Shown here: positions 50,442-60,324 of the stretch, one piece after another
How the letters are laid out: each line of letters starts with the position of its first letter
Numbering within the stretch: the first letter of the stretch is position 1
DNA from: Octopus bimaculoides
Taxonomy: Eukaryota
Length of the DNA: 60,324 nucleotides
Assembly: GCF_001194135.2 (NCBI RefSeq)
Contig: NC_068982.1
Location: 167,673,671-167,733,994 of the forward strand
Direction of reading: 5' to 3'
Notes under the pieces: generated by a model
The model's database searches: none
Told to the model about the DNA's origin: nothing
What the model saw: only the letters and a program-made list of their open reading frames with translations
Position numbers and translations under genes: made by a program

Positions 50442-52095
50442 GTCTGTCTGTCTGTCTGTCTAACTATCTATGTATCCATTTTCTCTTCTTTCTTTTTCTA
50501 TTTGGTAATATAATTAATATTTTGCACATTCTTACTGCATATACACGTTTAAGCAAATTCGAACCTGCCTATTATTCTCTTTGTTCTGTAGAGAACACGG
50601 GACTATTCGCAGTGACAGGCTAGGCTAAAAATTTGTCTATTAAACACATGTATCTAAACTTATTGAAAATGTATTTCATATTTCCTCACCCACAGGTATA
50701 TATCATGTTCTTGTGCATAAAACATACAATTTCTTCATATCCTACATCACAATTATTCTTATCGAAGTGATTTTCACCAAAAATATAAATAATTTGGAGA
50801 TACAACTTAAGTTTATACAGAGAAAGAATAAACGGGAAGCATTAACCTCTGATGCACCATACAGAAGGAGTTCTTGTGATCTTACCTCTAGTAAGTTTTT
50901 GGCTATACCAACGTTTTGTTCCAAGAGTTGTATCTCTCCTTATGCGATGTGAAAAGGTAATTTCAGGGGTTGAATATAAGACTGCACAGAACAGACAAAT
51001 GTGCAAGAAGACAGGTATCTTTAAAACCGACCGGATGAAACAGTCTTGCGAGACAAGATTTCTTCAAAGTGCTTAACATGGAATTAACTTCTTCAGAACA
51101 TATATGCTTGACCATAGGACATAAAGTAATAAGTAATACACTCCATAGTACATCATAGTTAGACTTAGTGAGGTATATGCATACAAACAGATTTACGCAT
51201 ACACTCGCACACATACATGTATATTAAATAACATATATAAATGTATACAAAGTGAACATCATATATATATATATATATATATATANNNNNNNNNNNNNNN
51301 NNNNNNNNNNNNNNNNNNNNNNNNNNNNNNNNNNNNNNNNNNNNNNNNNNNNNNNNNNNNNNNNNNNNNNNNNNNNNNNNNNNNNNNNNNNNNNNNNNNN
51401 NNNNNNNNNNNNNNNNNNNNNNNNNNNNNNNNNNNNNNNNNNNNNNNNNNNNNNNNNNNNNNNNNNNNNNNNNNNNNNNNNNNNNNNNNNNNNNNNNNNN
51501 NNNNNNNNNNNNNNNNNNNNNNNNNNNNNNNNNNNNNNNNNNNNNNNNNNNNNNNNNNNNNNNNNNNNNNNNNNNNNNNNNNNNNNNNNNNNNNNNNNNN
51601 NNNNNNNNNNNNNNNNNNNNNNNNNNNNNNNNNNNNNNNNNNNNNNNNNNNNNNNNNNNNNNNNNNNNNNNNNNNNNNNNNNNNNNNNNNNNNNNNNNNN
51701 NNNNNNNNNNNNNNNNNNNNNNNNNNNNNNNNNNNNNNNNNNNNNNNNNNNNNNNNNNNNNNNNNNNNNNNNNNNNNNNNNNNNNNNNNNNNNNNNNNNN
51801 NNNNNNNNNNNNNNNNNNNNNNNNNNNNNNNNNNNNNNNNNNNNNNNNNNNNNNNNNNNNNNNNNNNNNNNNNNNNNNNNNNNNNNNNNNNNNNNNNNNN
51901 NNNNNNNNNNNNNNNNNNNNNNNNNNNNNNNNNNNNNNNNNNNNNNNNNNNNNNNNNNNNNNNNNNNNNNNNNNNNNNNNNNNNNNNNNNNNNNNNNNNN
52001 NNNNNNNNNNNNNNNNNNNNNNNNNNNNNNNNNNNNNNNNNNNNNNNNNNNNNNNNNNNNNNNNNNNNNNNNNNNNNNNNNNNNNNNNNNNNNNN

Positions 52096-52164
<69 letters not shown>

Positions 52165-52828
52165 CATACACACTCACGCTCACGCACACATACAAACGCG
52201 CACACAAATAAAATACATAATATTAAGTAGAAAGACGTGAATAGTATCCAAACGGGTGGGGTAGTATTAAGTGCTTTCGGTTGAGGAGGAGAAATGAGAG
52301 AAGACCACTTGTGAGGGTGGGAAGGCTTTGAGGGAAGTGGGATGTAGCTGGTTAGAGGAATCGCAAAGGTAACAATGAGAAGGAATAGTTTAATAAGAAG
52401 GGTGGTATTAGTTGAGGTGGTAAGTTGCTAGGCTGACGTTGTCGTAATTGAAGCACCATGGGGGTGAGAGGATGGGGCTGAGGGGAAGACCACACTACTG
52501 CTAAAAACTACGACACGTACACAAGCATACATACACATATACACGCACACACACACGCACACAAGGACACAAACGCATGCACACGTAAGGATACACATCT
52601 TAGAACAAAATGGAGTAAATGGAGCAAGCGCACACCCGAAAACAAAAGGTGTCGCTGAAGAAGTCATAGATGTGTGACGAAAGATTTCCAAACAATGGAC
52701 ACGAGTTGAAATAATATAATAATAAAATAAGAACAGTAATAAATCAGTGAAGAAAAGAAAAATATATAGTGTGTGTGTTTATTTGGCAAAAAAAAAAATG
52801 ACTGTTCCGAAATACAATAACATGTATG

Positions 52829-52862
<34 letters not shown>

Positions 52863-53499
52863 TGTATGTATGTATGTATGTATGTATATTTATAAGCAAT
52901 TATGGGGATTGACAAATGAGAGAAATCAAATATATTAAATATATTAAACAGATCAAATACAAAATATGTATATGTGTTTACGTGCAAAACGAAGTGGAAA
53001 CTTTCAGATGATGAATTTTTATGTATAAATATATAGATATATATATTAATAGGTACAACTTTCATTAATAAATATTTCCCACAACTAAATATGAACACTT
53101 AACATAATACAGAACACTACTAACCTTTCAATTGATACCACTAACCCCAATACATCCTATACACCATTCACATTACAGATCTATATCTTCCCTAATTGCA
53201 CCAAATCCAGAACTACTTACCTCCCTTACACATAATCTTTTTACTCAGGGACTAGTAGACCTAACACCGTTCAGTAAGGATTAGTAACTTTACGAAACCG
53301 GTATGCTTTTGAATCTCTTTAACAATTCAAAATAATGACTTTTATTACTTTTATTCCTACCTCATTTCATCTAATTGTATATATCTATCGTTACGTTTCA
53401 TAAAAATCCATTACTTTTTTTGATTTCCAATGTGCATTTTCGCTTATTTCCCCTTACATTTCCACGTGTCGTTTCTATTTTATTTTTGTAACATATTTC

Positions 53500-53544
<45 letters not shown>

Positions 53545-53706
53545 CATGTAAATGTATGCGAATTTTTTCAATGTGTACAAATAACACGGGAAAAATAAAT
53601 AAATATTTACCAGCAAAAAAAAAAAGCAAAAAATTCACATAAGTACCAAGGGTGTTACAGCCTACTTATAAAGGTAGAAATTCCAGGGTTTAATGAAATG
53701 TTTTTG

Positions 53707-53938
53707 TATAACAGATAAATAAAGAAATTGAGTTAAAAGCAGGTGTTATTCAGACCTTTATATTTCCGACATATGTTTCGAAGAAAACGTTTGCATTATT
53801 CCAGGACGAGATGATCGCATTGTTTTACATCATTTTATTCCCTCTGGAATAATACCAATGTCTTCTTCGAAACATATTTCGGAAGTATAAAGATTTGAAT
53901 AACACTTGCATTTAACTCCATTCTTTTATTCATCTATA
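53707..53938. repeat. About 230-bp imperfect palindrome (foldback/MITE-like)
   Basis: aataaagaaattgagttaaaagcaggtgttattcagacctttatatttccgacatatgtttcgaagaa is mirrored by ttcttcgaaacatatttcggaagtataaagatttgaataacacttgcatttaactccattcttttatt. Confidence 0.8.
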
Positions 53939-54871
53939 TATACACACACACACACATACACACACACATCCTTCTCTCTCTCTCTCTCTTTCAATCTAAC
54001 TATCTCTATATTTAGAGTAAATTGTTTCTGATGATGGGTATTGAGTCCTTTGCTCAACCCAACTACCTGATCTCATTGAATTAGCGTGTTAGCGGTTAAG
54101 CATCTTAGATACGTGTACCATTAATGCAGTACTTAAACAGAACTACCTGTCCATTTTATGACGAGGTTCGTCCATTGAATTCCAGTTATAATCTATTCGA
54201 CGAGTTTTCACATAGTTTCCGTTTACTAAACTACACTCTTGAAGTTATGATAAAGCAGACTTGTTCATGATGCTAGACAGTGGAACTTCGTGATTGTAAA
54301 TCTAACTTATTAACTAATATATTTATTCTGTATATAGGTATATTCCAAATTCATTCTTTCAGTCTATTTATTTCACCCACGTTCGTGCTTAGGTGAAATA
54401 ACTTAATTGCTAAGCTATACAGTGAATTACAGCCTCGTTGAGAAGAATTAAGATACGTTTACAGAGCTTCATGATGTCACATGTTTTCTTCCTAGATATT
54501 TCACGCTTTATTTTTAGCTTAACTTCTCTCATAGAAATTTTTTCCTATCTTGATAAAACAAGCTTTATTCGGTTATGTATAAAAATAGCTCACTTTTATG
54601 CTCTCCCTGTATGTTCCGGTTGCTTTATATGTAATCCCGTGTAACCGATTATTATTTATAGCAAGATTTTACGAAACTCTGCCCCTTTGTAATCTGACAG
54701 AAGTGAATACTTGCAGAAACAGCTAAATATTATAAAAGGTCATTGTCATGTAAATATGCATTGTCTTTATTTAGGATATTTTCGAATAAGTCTTTCGATT
54801 TATTTATATATATCATTTATATATTAGTCATAGCCACAAGCTATTTCTAATTACTTGTTACGTACTTTAAG

Positions 54872-54885
54872 CATACATACATTTA

Positions 54886-54919
<34 letters not shown>

Positions 54920-55674
54920 CATACATTCTTTTACTCTTTTACTCGTTTCAGCCATGTGGCTGCGGTCACACTGGAGCACCACCGTGGCCCTTCTGATTTC
55001 CTCAGTTTGGGATGTTTCACATCACCACTCCTGTATGTGCCTTTGTCCCAGCTGTTGGTCCATTTGGTGTATAAGGGAGGTTGATTCCCCTGCCCTCGTC
55101 TGTACTTCATGTCGGGCTGTTGGTTCATCAGGTATTGTGTAGAAGAGGATGACTAGTTCCTTTTTGAAGACTTCTACTTCCACCTTATGTAGCTTTCTTC
55201 ATTTTTATGGCAGAGCATTGAAGAGCTGTGGGCCTTTGAACCCTAGACTATTGCAGTACCTGGTCCTGAATTTTGATGGAGTAGATGGTACCTTTGGTAC
55301 AATACAATCGCGGCCAGTTCTGGCATTTGTATAACACTCAATGCCGAAATATGGTACTAGCCCTGCTAGAGTTTTTCATATGTAGATTATTGCATGTCTC
55401 TCGCGCCTTCGCTCCAGAAAACAAAGTTATAGTTTTGTCAGACTAACCCTGTAACTCATCTGCTGCACTGTTTCAATCTTTTTAGTGTAGTGGCATTGGA
55501 CTGCTTCAAACGCCGCTGCTAGTTTGGGACTATGCGGTGACCATAACTAGGAGTAGTAGTCCAGGCGGCTGAGGACAAAGATTTTCTACAGAGTCAACAT
55601 AGTTTCTTGTCTTGAATGACCTAAATATCCATCCTGCCAGTTGTCTGCACTTTGCTGCCAACTTGGTAATGTGC
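54872..55674 (-). mobile_element. 5'-truncated CR1/L2-group LINE 3' end with (ATGT)n tail, copy 2
   Basis: Minus strand HITKLAAKCRQLAGWIFRSFKTR..TMLTL*KIFVLSRLDYYS*LWSPH...EAVQCHYTKKIE...LERRRERHAIIYI...IPDEP. Roughly 90% similar by eye to 22020-22215, including about 65 identical nt. Confidence 0.85.
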
Positions 55675-56088
55675 ATATATTTATATATTATTCTTTTCCT
55701 ATTTCTTCATTGCCCTGAAACCTCTCTCTCTGTCTATTTTCTCCCTCCTCTTTGCTTTTATTTCCCCCCCGCAAAAAAAAAAAAAAAAATATTTTTCTCC
55801 ACTTCTAAACAAAGTGAAAAAATATCCGATTCATATAAATAAACAACGAAACGTTCTGTTTTACCATTTTGGTTTTGTCATGACGAGTTCGAATCAACAA
55901 ATGAAAGCGCTAATAAAGAATTATCCAAAATTCTGACTGCCTCCTTTTTCTCAGTATGCAATATCTGTACACCATTTCAAACACTCTACACGCACATACA
56001 CATACACACATATACACACACACATATATATATATACATACATGCGCCTATGTAAAGCCACTCATTATATATACGCACATAATATAGG

Positions 56089-56143
<55 letters not shown>

Positions 56144-56949
56144 CTCTTTGTAAGTGTTTTAAACACATATGCACACGCACAAACATATAAGCGACTTAGT
56201 TGTTACTATGTAACAGCATGTTTGGGGGTGGCTCATATAAGAGCCTCTTGTGTCGAAGAAGAAATGTAATATATGTAAGCCAGTATAGTCACTTCTGATA
56301 TACGATGCGGAAGCTGTGTGTAAGGAAACTGTATTAAGTTGTTTATTTAGGCAAATCTGACTCCACATTTCCTTCTTACATTTCCGGTGTTCGTTTGCAG
56401 TAGATTTGTGTAAACACCCACGCAGTGTTATGCAGCACTCTCGCCTAAGTAGAGAGATAGATATAGGTAGATAAACAAATTATATATATATATAGATATA
56501 TATATCTACGAGAAAGAGAGTTAAAGAGACGACGAAAAACGAAAGACTGGGAAAGATGTTAAGGAGAGAAGTGAGAATATAGTATGTGTACGGATGTGTA
56601 TGTGTATGTATGTGTGTTCGCATGTTTATGTCTAATAGAGAGGAACTACAATATATCTTTAGTGTCCTCTAATTCTGATAAGGGTTCTTCAGTTTTAGTA
56701 ATTACTGTACAAGCTAAGATGGAAATGAAGTAATGCAGCAGAGAGTATATTGCGTTTTATAATTCTATAGTGTCTCCGTTCTTAAGTAAGAAATCTTCCC
56801 TCTCTGAATACAAATATTGTTAGAATCGAAATCAGTTTTCATCTAATCCAGAATATCAGTGTCAAGCATATAGGGACACAAATAAAATAAATATATCTAT
56901 TATCACAGAGAAACTGACCTATTGCAGTAGATAAAAATCCAAATTGAGG

Positions 56950-57283
56950 GAGTGGAGCTGGTAAAATCCAGACTACATATGTTTCCTAGCAAGCAAATCC
57001 TCTTATGTAATAATTACTCAACGAGAGGTACTCCGCTAGCTACTCATCAAGCCAAAGATACCTTAATTATATGATGGTTACATTGTCGTAAAGAGAGCCC
57101 GAGTTAACTTGCCATCTTCGGTGAGTTAACTTGGGATTCCTTAAAGACAATGTAACCTTCATATAATTAAGGTATCTTCAGCCTGATAAGAAGCTAGCTG
57201 AGTACCGCTCGTTGAGTAATTATTACATCAGAGGACCTCCAAGTTAGGAAACATATATAACCTGGATTTTACCCGATCCACTC
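56950..57283. repeat. 334-bp hairpin: two 160-bp arms and a 14-nt loop
   Basis: Arms 56950-57109 and 57124-57283 are of equal length. The inner ~97 bp has about 14 mismatches by eye. The loop is tgccatcttcggtg. Confidence 0.9.
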
Positions 57284-58633
57284 GCTTACATATTATTCCT
57301 ATTTTATATTCTTTGTATTTGTATATGTGTATGTGTGTGTGTGTGTTTTGAGGAACCAACTCTTAACCTATTGGTAGAGCAAGCTATACCGTCCATCACT
57401 TGCGATTTTATTTCACTGAGACTTAGTAATGCACTGAAGAACTCGGCCAACTCAATAGAAATCTAAAGACAAATATTATGCAATAAATAAATCTAAGGGC
57501 TCACATCCATACAATTTTAGTGAGGTAGTGAAGTCAGGTCCAAAAGGTCATTTTTGGCAGATTGAGATAAGCATTGAACCGACCTTGTTATTATTATTTA
57601 ACAATTCAACATCATTTATTCACAATTCATTTCCCAAAGACCTTTGGTTGTGTCTTAAGGCTAACTTGTAAAAATGTAAAGCAACTACTTACTTAGACAC
57701 AAACTAATTTGCGTAATGCTACTGATACAAGGTCAGTGGCCTAACAATAACAGCTTATAAATAAAGTTCCAAAAAACAGCTTATGAATAAATGAATATAA
57801 GAAATGACATCCATACGATTTTAATCTTACTCAGCCCGTCTTAAACTGGAGCTTATAATGTCTGTCACTTCGCGCTGAAAATCTTAGCATAATATTCTTA
57901 AATATTTGTTTAGATCTACTTTTCTTTCAGCTGTTTTTTGTAATTCTCGTTTTATGATTTATATATTCAAAACATACCTATCAAAAAAAGAAAGAATAAA
58001 TAAATAAAAGAAATAAAATAAAATAAAATGAAAAGCCACAAAAATTCACAAAAGATTGAAAGAAGAAACATTAAAAAAAACCCATCAGAATGTTTTAAAT
58101 ATTTGGTGCTTGACTTCCTCGTGTGATTATTCTGAAATATTTCAGCTTGAAGAAGTTGACATATTTTTATAATCTTACAAGTTACAGTTCAGTCAAATAG
58201 CTGAAAGAGTAATAAAATTGAATGACAATTATGAAGTTAATAGCAACGAGTTTCTACACTACACAAAAAAGTTATTCAACATCCCATGGATTGGACTTTT
58301 GATTTATTGTCGCTAACTCAAACAAATTACCAGTTTCTTAGGTTTCCAGATTTTTAATTTTCAATTACTAGAAATTAGAAACACAAATGTTTTTACATAG
58401 TCTTCTACATAATTCCACATATGCATCCTTTATGAATTATCGATAGCACCTGTAAATAGCAATTTGTTCGAAATGATCCCTTACAGTTTTTATGGTTCTT
58501 TTATTAAAGTCAATGTATTTGCTGATTAATCAAAGCTATGATCAAAGGCGTTCTAGCCATGATCAGCTTGCAGGATTTAGTATAGTGTCTTGCACATATA
58601 CATACTTGAAGCATACATCATTATTTGCTTAGT

Positions 58634-58679
<46 letters not shown>

Positions 58680-58929
58680 GCAAAATTAAATATATTCATA
58701 AAGACACACTTACTATCAGTCACACACACCTCTAAGAATATGAACCTATGCACACACGTATATACACAGAGTGGCCACCCTAATAATCATACACCCACAA
58801 CCAGCGCGGGCGCGCACACACACAATACATACACATACATATAAACACATGGATCCCATGGAAGTATTGAAGTTGTTAACAGCCGAGTTCCTCGTCTAGT
58901 AAATTACCTTCAAATTTTATACTGGTTTT

Positions 58930-59260
58930 CCTTGCTTAGTAATTTTAGCAATTTTCCTGGCGAAAATTAAAGCTTTATTCCAAAGAATTGGGAACACAGA
59001 AGAATACTAGCTGTCGATTTCCAACTAGATAAATCAAGTTCGTTCCTTGTTTTTTTTTAGGTTTCTTAACCAATCTAGTAATTCATCTATATTTTGCTGA
59101 AGGCCCAGTTTGACGAATTCACAAATTATCTAATATTCTTTTACTGATCCTATCTACATCGGATTTGGATTTATTAGTTTGATAGCTGGGCATTCATTGA
59201 AGTCCAGTTTAAAATCTTGTAGGTTGAATAAGGGGCATTTTGATTGCAAAGGCTCAAGTT
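58930..59260 (-). mobile_element. Penelope-like element reverse-transcriptase remnant
   Basis: Minus strand YKDFKLDFNECPAIKLINP/KSDVDRISK.ILDN...GLQQ...NKALIFAR parallels the Penelope/Poseidon TLKDHK.DF...P..RLINP.KS.IG.ISK.ILD pattern; frameshifted. Confidence 0.6.
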
Positions 59261-59379
59261 CAGTCATCAATATTGAGAATTTTAACTATTTTAGGTTTTA
59301 GTGTTTTAATAATTCTTTGAAGATGAAATGTTTGTATGTATTGATGACTTGCTTGTGTGCATATGTGTGTATACACTTT

Positions 59380-59530
59380 GCTTGTAACACCAAGGCCTAG
59401 CTGGTGGTTAAGATTAAGGTGATGTTCGAAGATCTTCTTAGAGACATAGTGAGGAAAGCATGCACCATGTTCCGGAGCCGTCTTGAGGTCGTGGTGGAAG
59501 CTGAGGACGACTCCCAGCCCAGCCATAATC
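59380..59530 (+). mobile_element. Tc1/mariner-superfamily (maT/DD37D-like) transposase C-terminal remnant
   Basis: ACNTKA*LVVKIKVMFEDLLRDIVRKACTMFRSRLEVVVEAEDD resembles the ...ACSRFRSRLEAVVEAEG terminus. Confidence 0.55.
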
Positions 59531-59628
59531 TATTTGATATTTTTGATTTTTTTAAATACTTTGATTTTTGGATGGGATATGTGTTTTCTCTACCTGTTAT
59601 GCAAACTGTCAAATTTATCCTGAATACC

Positions 59629-59664
<36 letters not shown>

Positions 59665-59698
59665 CTGATAAAAATACTTTTTTCCTTTTTACTCATAG

Positions 59699-59901
59699 GA
59701 ATCGACATGGAGTTTGTTCATTTGCTGTGTAATTTGTTTGGCAAGAGGTTCATTGATCAATTTAGGTCGGAGCGTCCAGTAGGATGGATGGACATGATGA
59801 TCGCCTTTGAATCTAGAAAAAGATCAGCTAGTCCATACAAATCCTCTCCTCTGAATATATCACTGCCGTTCTCTTTCATAGATTACTACAAAAAAGTCAA
59901 G
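59699..59901 (+). CDS. HSPA12A: HSPA12-like coding exon D, 203 bp, phase 1/0
   Basis: ttttactcatag acceptor and gtaag donor at 59902. Translates (G)IDMEFVHLLCNLFGKRFIDQFRSERPVGWMDMMIAFESRKRSASPYKSSPLNISLPFSFIDYYKKVK, matching the HSPA12 IAFESRKR...PLNITLPFSFIDYYKK motif. Confidence 0.96.
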
Positions 59902-60251
59902 GTAAGACAGCAACTGTTCTCTCCTATTCCTTCTCTTGATTCACACACATAATTATTCAAACATATATAATGTATGTTTCTATGTGTGTATGTGTGCGCG
60001 TGCATGTGCGTGCTGCATGCTTGTGTGTGGGCATAGGTGTACATATATATCTGTGTGTGAGTGCGTTTTTTTTTTTAGGTTATTATTATTAAGCAATTTT
60101 ACGAATGGTAACAGAAGTTTTACTGAGAGGCAGATTGAATGATTAAAGAAGAGCTAAATTTGTTATAAAGTTCATTTTAACTGAGATTTAAAGTTCCTCA
60201 TAAAGATATGTAACCAGTGGATACTAATATATATACAAATCTATGTATGTA

Positions 60252-60258
60252 TGTACAC

Positions 60259-60324
<66 letters not shown>
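60252..60324. repeat. (AC)n microsatellite to the window end
   Basis: Directly visible. Confidence 0.95.

Noticed and set aside
1531-52211. Long ORFs in the track filled with X (e.g. 22097-23044, 47373-48299, 51165-52205)
   Set aside because: They only span N-gaps and flanking microsatellites; there is no real coding evidence.
52250-52490. Purine-rich block suggesting an antisense L2-type LINE fragment
   Set aside because: Composition only; no diagnostic motif was recognised.

Overview
AT-rich, microsatellite-dense eukaryotic genomic DNA with 14 N-gaps. The SINE families and repeat landscape look like a coleoid cephalopod (Octopus-like); this is an inference, not a database match. The only host gene is an HSPA12A/B-like atypical Hsp70 on the + strand. 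Four internal coding exons (2321-2542, 28007-28202, 29562-29684, 59699-59901; 248 codons) have GT-AG ends and compatible phases (0/0/1/1/0), and join into one continuous HSPA12-like reading frame. The gene extends past both window edges, and the introns are about 25.5, 1.36 and 30.0 kb. The introns hold many mobile-element remnants: a 5'-truncated DD34D mariner, a Tigger/pogo remnant, CR1-like, RTE-like, R4/Dong-like and Penelope-like retroelement pieces, several tRNA-headed SINE families and MITEs. The most striking unexplained structures are: (i) a foldback repeat at 24.2-24.8 kb carrying three minimal type I hammerhead-ribozyme motifs, where the two antisense copies have intact cores and the sense copy has a core lesion; (ii) a 334-bp hairpin with equal-length arms and a cUUCGg motif in its loop at 57 kb; (iii) a MITE with (TTAGGG)n at its centre; (iv) a Tigger remnant whose four expected Trp codons all read TGA; (v) a SINE and a LINE sharing a 3' tail. 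All alignments were done by eye and family names come from recalled motifs; no searches were run. Many remnant boundaries are approximate.
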